DNA from: an uncultured Candidatus Rokubacteria bacterium
GTDB lineage: Bacteria > Methylomirabilota > Methylomirabilia > Rokubacteriales > CSP1-6
Direction: 5' to 3'
Assembly: GCA_963848005.1 (NCBI GenBank)
Contig: CAWKCA010000047.1
Coordinates: 757 to 32,756, forward strand
DNA length: 32,000 nt
Positions 20,661-30,129 of the stretch are shown here, one piece after another. Position 1 is the stretch's first letter, and each line of letters starts with the position of its first letter. The translations under genes and the position numbers were made by a program. A model generated the notes under the pieces. That model saw only the letters and a program-made list of their open reading frames with translations. It did not search any database and was not told where the DNA came from.

Positions 20661-21785
20661 GTGGACTTCCATCTCTTCATGTACGTCACCATCGGCCGGC
20701 GCCACGAGCTGGAGGCCGGCCAGGCTGGCCTCCGGCCCGAACTCTACCAGCGCATGCTCGACGAGATCGCCGAGTACGTCCGCTTCGCCGACCAGGCCGG
20801 CTTCGCGGGCTTCGGCCATCCCGAGCATCACCTTCAAGTCGAGGGCTTCGAGATCTCCAACGAGCCCGGCCTCATGGCGATGTGGATCGGGCAGCACAGC
20901 CGATCGCTGCGCGTGAACACCGTGGGCTGGGTGGCGCCCACCCACAATCCCGTGCGCACCGCAGAGTACGTGGCCACCCTCGACCACATGCTGCAGGGGC
21001 GCCTGGGCGTGGGCTTCGTGCGCGGCTACCAGGCCCGCTGGGTGCACACCTTGCGCATCCGGCCGGACATTCCAGCCGTCGGCCCCTGGAACCAGCGCAC
21101 GGCCGAGGACGACCTCAACCGCGACTACTTCAAGGAGTTCGTGGACATCGTCCTGCTCGCGTGGGCCAAGGACACCTTCAGCTATCGGGGGCGCTTCTGG
21201 ACGATCCCCGACCCGGACTTCGTCAACCCGCACGTGCACACGACCTACACGCGCTACGGGCGCGGTGTGGGCGAAGACATGCGCATCCACGAGGTGGGCA
21301 TCGCCCCCAAGTGCTACCAGCGCCCCCACCCTCCGCTCTACGGTGGCTTCACCCACAGCCTGCGCACGGCGCTGTTCTGGGCTCGCTACGGCGGGCGGCC
21401 CATCGTGCTCTCCTCGGATCTCGACTTCTGCGAGAGGCTCTGGAGCGCCTACCGGGAGGAGGCGGGGCGCCATGGGCACGCCGTCAAGCCCGGCGACGAG
21501 GCCGGGTGGGGCGGCCTCCTCGTGCTCAACGAGTCCGCCGCCGTCGCGCGCGAGTGGGCGCAGGACATGCTCTGGTTCTGGGACAACTGGTCGAAGCCGT
21601 TCGGCCAGGACTACCCGGAGCTGCTCATCGGCGATCCCGACATGGTCAGCCGGCGCATCGAGGAAGCCCAGCGCCGCGTGCCCATCAACGAGTGCTTCCT
21701 CCTGATTCCCCAAGGCATCCACGACCGCGACAAGATCCTGACGTCGCTCGAGCTATTCGCCACGCGCGTCATGCCGCGCTTTTAG
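20661..21785 (+). CDS. LLM class flavin-dependent oxidoreductase (luciferase-like)
   Basis: YVRFADQAGFAGFGHPEHH...SLRVNTVGWVAPTHNPVRTAEYVATLDHMLQGRLGVGFVRGYQ; intact. Confidence 0.93.
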   Translation: MDFHLFMYVTIGRRHELEAGQAGLRPELYQRMLDEIAEYVRFADQAGFAGFGHPEHHLQVEGFEISNEPGLMAMWIGQHSRSLRVNTVGWVAPTHNPVRTAEYVATLDHMLQGRLGVGFVRGYQARWVHTLRIRPDIPAVGPWNQRTAEDDLNRDYFKEFVDIVLLAWAKDTFSYRGRFWTIPDPDFVNPHVHTTYTRYGRGVGEDMRIHEVGIAPKCYQRPHPPLYGGFTHSLRTALFWARYGGRPIVLSSDLDFCERLWSAYREEAGRHGHAVKPGDEAGWGGLLVLNESAAVAREWAQDMLWFWDNWSKPFGQDYPELLIGDPDMVSRRIEEAQRRVPINECFLLIPQGIHDRDKILTSLELFATRVMPRF

Positions 21786-21832
21786 ACATGGGGGCCCCGA
21801 GATGGCCCCATACCCCCCTACGCTCAGGCCGG

Positions 21833-22917
21833 TTACTTCGGGACCAGCGCCTTGAAGCGGGGCATGACCTCGCGCGCCAGAAGCTCCATGGAGTGGCGCC
21901 ACGCTTTGGGGTTCTCCGTGTAGTCGAAGCAGAAGAGGAGCAAGGTGCCGAAGCCGCCGACCTCGTCGTAGATCTGCTGGAGCCGCTCCGTCACTGTGGC
22001 CGGCGAACCCACCAGCCAGTTGTGCCGGGCGCAGTACTCAGGGGTGACGTCGGAATCGGGCACGTCCGGCCGGTGCTTCAGGAACTCGGTGAACTGGAAG
22101 GACGCGAGGAGCGGCAGGAAATACTCTCGCATCTGCCGGCCCATCATGCCGCCGGCGGAGAGTCGCATCGCTTCGGCGTCGGTGTCAGCCACGAAGATCT
22201 CGCGCACCAGCCGCCAGTCCGCGCGCTTCGGCGTCCGGCCGCTTCGCGCCGCGCCCTGCTCCACGGACTCCCAGTGGCTGCCCACGTAGGTGGGGTTCAG
22301 GTTGAGGCTCATCGGCCAGAAGCCCCGCTCGCCGGCGAGCTTCAGCGTGTCGGAGCCCTTGCTCACTCCGGCCACGCCGATCGGCGGATGCGGCTTCTGG
22401 AACGGCATGATGTGCGGCCGGAGCGTGTCGAGCATCGTACCCGTCTTGGTGACGTGCCAGTACTTGCCCTTGAAGTCGAACTCGGGCTCGTCGCTCCACA
22501 GGCGCAGCACGATGTCGAGGGCCTCGCGCGTCATCTCGCGGTGCTGGCCCGCGTTGCCGTCGACGTTGAACATCGCCCAGTCGCTGGGCAGCCCGCTCGC
22601 CGCCACGCCGAAGTTGAGCCGTCCCTGCGCGAGGTGGTCGAGCATGGCCACGCGGTTGGCCAGCTCGGCGGGATGATGGTACGGCATGAGGAAGCCGCCC
22701 GGGCCGATGCGCATCGCTCGGTCTGCATCAGCGCCTGGGCCACGAGGAGATCGGGTGACGGATGGGGCTCCCACGGCGCGGTGTGGTGCTCGCCGATCCA
22801 CGCCTCGCTGAATCCCAGCTCATCCGCCCAGCGCAGCTGCTGGAGATCCCACTGATGGCCGTCGTAGAGGCTGCGCTCCGGCGGATGCGACGGCATCGTG
22901 AACAGTCCGTAGTCCAT
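21833..22917 (-). CDS. LLM class flavin-dependent oxidoreductase, one apparent frameshift near 22718
   Basis: MDYGLFTMPSHPPERSLYDGHQWDLQQLRWADELGFSEAWIGEHHTAPWEPHPSPDLLVAQAL joined to RIGPGGFLMPYHHPAELANRVAMLDHLAQGRLNFGVAASG. Confidence 0.92.
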
Positions 22918-23034
22918 GCCTGCCTCCTGACGTATTCCGTGACGCCCTGAGTCTATCGCACGTGGCAGCCGGTCCAACGCCCGCTGCCAGCACAACTGTG
23001 TCGCACCTCGCGCAAACGGGGAGGTTTGGAGGGG

Positions 23035-23109
23035 GTCCAGACCCCTTCCAACTCAACAGACGGTCCAGGCCCCTTCCAACTCAACAGACGGTCCAGGCCC
23101 CTCCAACTC
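23035..23109. repeat. 28-bp tandem direct repeat, about 2.7 copies
   Basis: GTCCAG(A/G)CCCCTTCCAACTCAACAGACG twice in tandem, plus partial third copy GTCCAGGCCCCTCCAACTC. Confidence 0.85.
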
Positions 23110-23114
23110 CACCG

Positions 23115-24050
23115 TCACGACGAGAGGCGCTGCAGGAACTCAGCGTTCGTCAGCGTGACCTTGAGGCGCTCCAGCAGGGCCTCCATGGCCTCGGTGGGCT
23201 TCAGGCTCGGAGAGGGCGCGGCGCAGCCGCCGCACGCGCGGCATCTCCTCGGCGGTGTAGAGCAGCTCCTCGTGGCGCGTGCCCGAGCGCACCACGTCGA
23301 ATGCCGGGAACACCCGCCGGTCAGCGAGCTCACGCGTGAGATAGAGATCCATGTTCCCGGTGCCCTTGAACTCCTCGAAGATGACGTCGTCCATGCGGGA
23401 GCCGGTCTCGACGAGGATCGTGCCCACGATGGTGAGGGAGCCTCCGCCTTCGAGGGCGCGCGCCGCGCCGAAGAAGGTGCGCGGCATCTGGAAGGCCTGG
23501 GCGTCGAGCCCGCCGGACATCGTGCGGCCGCGGGAGGAGAGCTGCCGGTTGTATGCCCGCGTCATGCGGGTCAGGGAGTCGAGGAGCAGGATGATGTCGC
23601 GCCGCTGTTCCACCGCCCGCTTGGCCCGGTCGAGCACCTGCTCGGTGAGTCGCACGTGCTCCTGGGGAGGGTTGTCGCTACTCGAGGCAAAGACCTCCGC
23701 CGACTTGCCCAGGGCCATGCGAAAGTCCGTCACCTCCTCGGGGCGCTCGTCGACGAGGAGGATCATCACCGCGACCTCGGGGTGATTGACGAGGACGGCC
23801 TGGGCGATCTGCTGGAGAAGCATGGTCTTGCCCGCCCGGGGGTGGGGCCACGATGAGACCGCGCTGCCCCTTGCCCAGCGGGCGCGATGAGATCCATGAC
23901 TCGCATCGACCGTTCGTCGGACGTCGTCTCCAGCCGCAGGCGCTCGTGCGGCTGGACCGCGGTCAGCGATTCGAAGAGAGACGGAGCGGGCTCTGGGCGG
24001 CGAGGGCCACGCGGGGACTGCGGCCGATGCCTTGGATACCGACGAGACAC
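23115..24050 (-). CDS. rho: Rho-like transcription termination ATPase core, apparently lacking the N-terminal RNA-binding domain; frameshifted
   Basis: LFESLTAVQPHERLRLETTSDERSMRVMDLIAP; (frame change) [149 protein letters not shown]. Confidence 0.88.
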
Positions 24051-24062
24051 GTTAACGCAGCA

Positions 24063-25089
24063 TCATGGGGGGAGTCTCTGACACCGGTCCCATATTAGGC
24101 CAGTTCCCGGCGCGCTGGCCACTCCGACCTGCTCATGATGCCACGAAACGACCGGGCCGCCACGTCCCGAAAACAGGTCCTGAATGGTGCTGAAGATGAA
24201 CCGGCGGAACGACTCGACCTCGCGGCTCATGCGAGCACGACCCGGCGGGTCGGCGAGGTAGGCCTCGAACGCGATGCCGGTCAGCCGCTCGAAGGCTTCG
24301 ACGTAGCGCGCGCGTGTGCCCGCGACGACCGCGGGCGGAAGCTCGGGACCGGGATGTGTCTTGTTCCAGCCCGTCTGCTCACAGAAGTCGCGCACGAACT
24401 GCTTGTCGAAGGACGGCTGCGGGCCGCCCGGCGCGTACTCGTCGGCCGGCCAGAAGCGCGACGAGTCCGGCGTCAGGGCCTCGTCGCCGAGCACGAGCCG
24501 CCCGTCGCCGTCGAGCCCGAACTCGAACTTCGTGTCGGCGATGATGATCCCGCGCCCGCGCGCGTGCTCGGCCGCGAAGCGGTAGAGGGCGAGCGAGAGG
24601 CGCTCGACCTCGGCCAACCGCTCGGCCCCGACGAGGGCGCCGGCCTGCGCGCGCGTGATGTTCTCGTCGTGGCCGCTCTGCGCCTTCGTGGCCGGGGTGA
24701 AGATCGGCTCCGGCAGCCGCTCGGACTCGCGCAGCCCGTCCGGCAGCCGGTGCCCGCAGACCTCACCGGTGGCCCGGTAGTCTCTCCAGCCCGAGCCGGC
24801 AGAGGTAGCCGCGCACGACGCACTCGATGGGCAGCATCGGGAGGCGTCGGCACTCGGTCGAGCGTCCATCCGGCCGCACCGCGAGCAGATGATTGGCGCA
24901 GAGCCCGCGCGTGCGCGCGAACCAGAAGGCCGAGAGGCCGGTGAGCACCCGCCCCTTGTCGGGGATCTCGGTCGGGTGCACGACGTCGAAGGTCGAGATC
25001 CGATCCGTGGCGACGAGCAGCAGGTGCTCGTCGTCGAGCGCGTACAGCTCCCGCACCTTGCCGCTTCCCATGTGCGCCATCCCGGCCAT
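24063..25089 (-). CDS. purC: Phosphoribosylaminoimidazole-succinocarboxamide synthase, frameshifted; C-terminal boundary uncertain
   Basis: [50 protein letters not shown]; [12 protein letters not shown]; [20 protein letters not shown]; [35 protein letters not shown]; [11 protein letters not shown]. Confidence 0.93.
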
Positions 25090-25314
25090 CAATGCGTTCC
25101 TCCGTGAGTCGCCTACTTCCCGCCGATGCTGCCACAGCCAGGCCGGCATTGGATGGTCGATTCGAGAGCGCTCTGTATCGCGCGGTTGTCGCAGTGTCCT
25201 GACACCTCGACTGCGCGGAGGCTCTTGACAGACCATGACCATTGCCGCAGCGTCGTGGCCATCGAAGGAGGGCGGGCGAGGTGAGTACAGGGTCGAGATC
25301 TCGAAGGAGGAGCC

Positions 25315-26416
25315 ATGATCGGCGAGCAGAAGCCGACCCAGACCTCGGGTTCGACCCGTCCCGTCGCCCAGGTGGGACACGACCCGGAGCTCCTCGCCTT
25401 CAGCGAGGAGGCGCACAGCCACGCCCTGATGCCGGGCTGGGAGTTCCAGAGCGCTATGCCCAACGAGCCGATTCCGCTCGAGCAGGCGTACCGCTGGAGC
25501 TGGACCGAGGCCCTTCGTCCGATGATGGTGAAGGCCTACGACGTCGTGGACCCGATCAAGGCCGAGCGGCGCAACCTGATCCTGGCCAACCCCGGCCTCA
25601 AGCGCGCCGCCACCACCCAGACCTTGGTCGCCGCCATTCAAGGCGTCCTGCCCGGGCGAGATCGCCCCGGCCCATCGCCACACGGCCGGGGCGCTCCGCT
25701 TCATGATCGAGGGCCACGGCTCGTTCACGAACGTCAACGGTGAGCCGTGCTACATGGACCCGGCGAGCCTGATCCTCACGCCCCAGTGGAGCTGGCACGA
25801 TCACGCCAACGAGACCGATCACCCGGTGATCTGGCTCGACGTCCTCGACGTGCCGTTCATCATGGCGATCAACCAGTGGTTCTGGGAGCCGTTCCCGGAC
25901 GAGATCCAGCCGCGATCGCGGCCCCGGGGCGAGAACCTCAGGCGATTCGGGGCCGGGATCGTCCGGCCGCTCGGCCCGCGCGTCCACGACGGCCCCTCGC
26001 CGCTCCTCGTCTACGCATGGGACCGGACGGAGACGACGCTCTCCGAGCTGGCCGAGCTGGATGATCGCGACGGCGAGGTGACGGTCGAATACAACAACCC
26101 CCTCACCGGCGGTCCCGTGCTTCCCACCATCGGTTGCTACGCGCACATGCTTAGGCCGGGAGCGCTGACCCGTCCGCGTCGGACGAACGCCAGCGCGGTC
26201 CTTCACGTCGTCCGCGGCCGCGGCTGCACCACGGTGGGCGACCAGAAGCTCGAATGGGAGGCCGGGGACTGCCTGGCCATCCCGCACTGGACGTGGGTGC
26301 ACCACGAGAACCGCTCGGCCACCGAGCCCGCCTTCCTCTTCAGCTCCACGGACGCGCCGATCCTCGAGGCCTTCGGCATTCATCGCGAGGAGGTGTCCGG
26401 AGGGCCTGGGCGATGA
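25315..26416 (+). CDS. Gentisate 1,2-dioxygenase-like cupin protein, one apparent frameshift near 25655
   Basis: [28 protein letters not shown]; (frame change) [55 protein letters not shown]; second cupin [38 protein letters not shown]. Confidence 0.88.
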
Positions 26417-27477
26417 GATTCGGCCTCAACTTCTTCCCGGCCTTCCGCCCGTCGGATACCACGACCGCGGCGTACTTCGACCAGTGCCTCCGCCTGAGCG
26501 AGCGGGCCGATGCGCTCGGCTTCGACTCGGTGAAGACCGTCGAGCACCAGTTCTTCGACTACGGCGGCCACAGTCCCAACCCCATCGTCTTCCTCGCGGC
26601 CATCGCCGCTCGGACCCGTCGGATCCGGCCGATCACCGGCGCCGTGATCCCGGCCTTCAATCACCCGGTCAAGGCCGCCGGGGAACTGGCCATGCTCGAC
26701 AACCTCAGCAACGGCCGGCTGGACGCCGGCTTCGGCCGCGCGTTCATCCCCAAGGAGTTCGAGGTCTTCGGCGTCAGCATGGACGAGAGCCGCGCCCGGT
26801 TCGAGGAGTGCATCGAGATCATCACCCGCCTCTGGACCGAGGATCGCGTCAGCTACGAAGGGCGCTTCTTCAAGCTCGAGGACGTCCACCTCATGCCGCG
26901 ACCCGTCCAGAAACCGCATCCCCCGATCTGGATCGCCGCCATCGCCTCCCTCGAGTCGTTCGTCTGGGCGGGAACGCGGGGCTATTACCTGATGATCGTG
27001 CCGTTCGCCAACCAGATGGACCGCACGCGCGAGTTCGTGGCGGCGTATCGGAAGGCCTGGCGCGACGCCGGCTTCCCGCCGGGCGCCGAACGGGTTCAGC
27101 TCGCGCTCTTCTCCTATCTGGCCGAGACGCGCGAGGAAGCGGTGCGCGGCTTCGACAAGCCCGCCCGGCGCTACATCGAGCTGCTCGGCGAGGCGGTCAG
27201 CTCGTGGTCGACGACGCGATCGGCCGACTACCCCGGCTACGACAAGATGGTGGCGGCCATCAGCGCCCTGACCCCGCAGGCGATCATGGACGGCCACCTC
27301 GCCTACGTGGGGACCCCCGAGGAGGCCATCGAGCAGGTGCAGTGGCACCGGGACTTCTTCGGGGAGATCGAGCCCTCGATGCAGATCAGCTTCGGGGGGA
27401 TCCGCGACGAGGAGGCCTTCCGCACCCTCGAGCTGTTCGCCAGCCGCGTCATGCCGCAGTATCCGAGGAGGAGCTGA
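26413..27477 (+). CDS. LLM class flavin-dependent oxidoreductase
   Basis: [78 protein letters not shown]; ATG overlaps upstream TGA. Confidence 0.95.
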   Translation: MRFGLNFFPAFRPSDTTTAAYFDQCLRLSERADALGFDSVKTVEHQFFDYGGHSPNPIVFLAAIAARTRRIRPITGAVIPAFNHPVKAAGELAMLDNLSNGRLDAGFGRAFIPKEFEVFGVSMDESRARFEECIEIITRLWTEDRVSYEGRFFKLEDVHLMPRPVQKPHPPIWIAAIASLESFVWAGTRGYYLMIVPFANQMDRTREFVAAYRKAWRDAGFPPGAERVQLALFSYLAETREEAVRGFDKPARRYIELLGEAVSSWSTTRSADYPGYDKMVAAISALTPQAIMDGHLAYVGTPEEAIEQVQWHRDFFGEIEPSMQISFGGIRDEEAFRTLELFASRVMPQYPRRS

Positions 27478-27479
27478 AC

Positions 27480-28067
27480 ATGGACCGTCGAGACGCTCAC
27501 GCGAGACCGACCCTGCTCCCGCAATTGCCACTGCGGCTGCACCACTACGCGTTCGTCGTGCGCGACCAGGAGGCGAATCGAGCGTTCTTCGAGGACGTGC
27601 TCGGACTGCCTCTCGTCGCCACGTGGTGCGAGCGCGTCTTCAACCCCGACCTCCAGCGCGAGGTCGCGTACTGCCACACGTTCTTCGGGCTGGCCGACGG
27701 CGGCGCGCTGGCCTTCTTCCAGTTCGCCGACGACGAGATGTACGAGCGATCCAAGGCGGTGTATCCGGAGGTCGCCCGCTTCCAGCACATCGCCCTCAAG
27801 GTGGATCGCAAGACGTTCGACGAGATCGATCAGCGCCTGGACGCCGCCGACATCCCCCGGCGTCAGACCGATCACGGCTATTGCCTGTCGCTCTACGTGA
27901 TGAGCCCGGACGGGCTCCGGGTCGAATTCACCGTGGATCCCGACAACGTGGCCGAGATCAATGCCATGCGGCACGCGGACGCCCACGCCGAGCTCTCTCG
28001 CTGGCTGGCCGGCGACCACGCACCCAACAATCTCGATCGCGCGCACGCGACGGCGGCGCGAGGCTGA
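27480..28067 (+). CDS. VOC family (glyoxalase/extradiol dioxygenase-like) protein
   Basis: LRLHHYAFVVRDQEANRAFFEDVLGLPLVATW...RFQHIALKVDRKTFDEIDQRL...SLYVMSPDGLRVEFTVDP. Confidence 0.93.
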   Translation: MDRRDAHARPTLLPQLPLRLHHYAFVVRDQEANRAFFEDVLGLPLVATWCERVFNPDLQREVAYCHTFFGLADGGALAFFQFADDEMYERSKAVYPEVARFQHIALKVDRKTFDEIDQRLDAADIPRRQTDHGYCLSLYVMSPDGLRVEFTVDPDNVAEINAMRHADAHAELSRWLAGDHAPNNLDRAHATAARG

Positions 28068-28081
28068 CGAGGAGCGCACCC

Positions 28082-28513
28082 GTGGCCATCATTCCCAAAG
28101 TTCTTCACGAGCACATCAATACGGCCTTTCCCGCCAACGTGTGCCTGGTCGGCACCGTCCTGCCCAACGGGTTCGCCCAGGTGAGCCCGCGCGGCAGCAC
28201 CATGGTCTACGACGACGAGCACCTGGCGCTCTGGGAGCGGGGCAAGGGCTCGACGAATGCCACCCTCAAGAGCGGGACCAAGGTCACGGTCTTCTTCAGG
28301 AAGCCCGCGCTCCGGGAAGCCGGCATCCTGCCCAAGGGGGGCATCGCCCGCTTCTACGGGACCGCGGAGATTCACAAGTCCGGCGCGGCGTACGAGGAGA
28401 TCTGGCGACGGCTCGTCCAGCCGGAGAAGGAGCGCGACCCGGACAAGAAGGGATTCGGCGTGCTGATCAAGGTCGAGCGGGCCGAGGACCTGGACGGGCA
28501 GCCGCTGCCGTGA
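28082..28513 (+). CDS. Pyridoxamine 5'-phosphate oxidase family protein
   Basis: CLVGTVLPNGFAQVSPRGSTMVYDDEHLALWERGKGSTNATLKSGTKVTVFFRKPA...ARFYGTAEIHKSG. Confidence 0.88.
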   Translation: MAIIPKVLHEHINTAFPANVCLVGTVLPNGFAQVSPRGSTMVYDDEHLALWERGKGSTNATLKSGTKVTVFFRKPALREAGILPKGGIARFYGTAEIHKSGAAYEEIWRRLVQPEKERDPDKKGFGVLIKVERAEDLDGQPLP

Positions 28514-29532
28514 CGGAGATGCAGTTCGGGCTGATGCTGCGGGCCCAGTTCCCGCAAGGGGACGACATGCCGGCCCGATTCCAGGAGCTCCTGGAACAGG
28601 CGCGCCTGGCCAACGCGCTCGGCTATTCCTCGATCACCAAGGGCATGCACTACAGCGCCGCGCCCTGGCAGGATTTTCAACAGTTCCCCTTCCTCTGTCG
28701 GGTGATGGCAGAAGCGCCCGCCCTGCGCCTGAACTTCGGGCTCGTGCTGCTGTCGCTCCACAAGCCCCTCGACATCGCCGAGCAGATCGCCACCGCCGAC
28801 GTCATGAGCGGGGGCAAGGTCATCTTCGGCGTGGCCCTGGGCTATCGCGACGTGGAGTTCCTCGCCTTCGGCACGACCCAGAAGGAGCGCGTGCAGCGCT
28901 TCGAGGAGAACCTGGACGCGGTCAAGCGACTGTGGACCGAGGACGTGGTGGACATGGTCGGCTCTCACTTCACCCTGCAGGGAGCGTCGGTGGGCACCAA
29001 GCCGGTGCAGAAGCCGCATCCACCCATCTGGATCGGTGCCAATGCCGACCCCGCGATTCGCCGCGCCGCGCGCCTCGGCGATTGCTGGTACGTCAACCCA
29101 CACAGCCGTCTCGACACGATCGCGCGCCAGGTCGAGGTCTACCGGCGTGCCCTCGACGAGTACGGCAAGCCCTTCCCCGCAGAATTCCCGGCGCGTCGTG
29201 AAGTGTTCGTGGCCCGATCGCGGGCGGAGGCCATCCGGCTGTGCGCGCCCTTCCTGGGGGCGAAGTACCAGGCCTATCACCAGTGGGGGCAGAGCCGGGC
29301 CATGCCCGAGGGCGACAACGATCTGGGCGCGGATTTCGACGACCTGATCCGCGACCGCTTTCTGCTCGGCTCCCCCGACGAGGTGGCCGAGCAGATGCTC
29401 GCGCTGCACCGGAGCACCGGCATCAATCACCTGATCATGAGCGTGCAATGGCCGGGGATGCCGCAGAGCCTGGCCCTCGAGGAGCTGCACATGCTCGCGG
29501 AAGAGGTGTTCCCCCGCGTGCGGAAAGGCTGA
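28510..29532 (+). CDS. LLM class flavin-dependent oxidoreductase (start GTG 28510 or ATG 28519)
   Basis: MQFGLMLRAQFPQGDDMPARFQELLEQARLANALGYSSITKGMHY...GGKVIFGVALGYRDVEFLAFG...HPPIWIGANADPAIRRAARLGDCWYVNP. Confidence 0.95.
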   Translation: MTEMQFGLMLRAQFPQGDDMPARFQELLEQARLANALGYSSITKGMHYSAAPWQDFQQFPFLCRVMAEAPALRLNFGLVLLSLHKPLDIAEQIATADVMSGGKVIFGVALGYRDVEFLAFGTTQKERVQRFEENLDAVKRLWTEDVVDMVGSHFTLQGASVGTKPVQKPHPPIWIGANADPAIRRAARLGDCWYVNPHSRLDTIARQVEVYRRALDEYGKPFPAEFPARREVFVARSRAEAIRLCAPFLGAKYQAYHQWGQSRAMPEGDNDLGADFDDLIRDRFLLGSPDEVAEQMLALHRSTGINHLIMSVQWPGMPQSLALEELHMLAEEVFPRVRKG

Positions 29533-29642
29533 GCGCGTCCACCAAGCGTGGCAACGGCGCTTGACGCGCGCGGACGTTCCACGCTGAGGGTAAGTGAAGA
29601 GTCTACCGGTCGGCGCGGTCGGGCCGAGGAAAGGGAGGAGCC

Positions 29643-30041
29643 ATGGGACATTCATCGCCGACAAGAATGGCGCTCGCCGCAGTCGCCATCGTGACCGTGC
29701 TCGGCGGATGCACGGCGATGCGCCGCGACCGAGCTGCCGAGACCACGAGCTTGCTGACGCAGGCGGGGTTCAAGGTTCTCAAGGCCGACACGCCGGCGCG
29801 GGTGGCGAAACTGAATACGCTCACCCCGTACAAGGTCGTCCCGTGGAAGCGAAAGAGCGGCGGCACCGTCTACGCGTATGCCGAGCCCGATTCCTGCAAG
29901 TGCGTCTATGTCGGAAGCCCCAAGCAGTACGCCACGTTCCAGCAACTGCTGAGCGCCGAGCAAAAGGCCGAGATAGCAGCCCAAGAGGCGGCCTGGAGCG
30001 CAGAGCCGGAGGAGTTCTCGGACTCGACCATCGAAGAATGA
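29643..30041 (+). CDS. Small hypothetical lipoprotein
   Basis: MGHSSPTRMALAAVAIVTVLGGCTAMRRD, lipobox LGGC, RBS GGAGGAG. Confidence 0.85.
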   Translation: MGHSSPTRMALAAVAIVTVLGGCTAMRRDRAAETTSLLTQAGFKVLKADTPARVAKLNTLTPYKVVPWKRKSGGTVYAYAEPDSCKCVYVGSPKQYATFQQLLSAEQKAEIAAQEAAWSAEPEEFSDSTIEE

Positions 30042-30129
30042 AGAAGGCGGCGGGTAGACCTGCGCCGAAGCTGGAGGAGCATGGCGAGCATCCCGTGAGC
30101 CCGTCACCCCGGTCGCGATGCGCCGGACG

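Noticed and set aside
19548-21722. 724 aa antisense ORF across the LLM gene and methyltransferase
   Set aside because: Only the internal methyltransferase portion is family-like; the rest is antisense to the LLM gene.
20882-22855. 657 aa + strand ORF over two LLM genes
   Set aside because: Shifted-frame and antisense translation of LLM genes, no independent motifs.
23035-23109. CRISPR-like array
   Set aside because: Repeats are directly adjacent with no spacers, so it is a simple tandem repeat.
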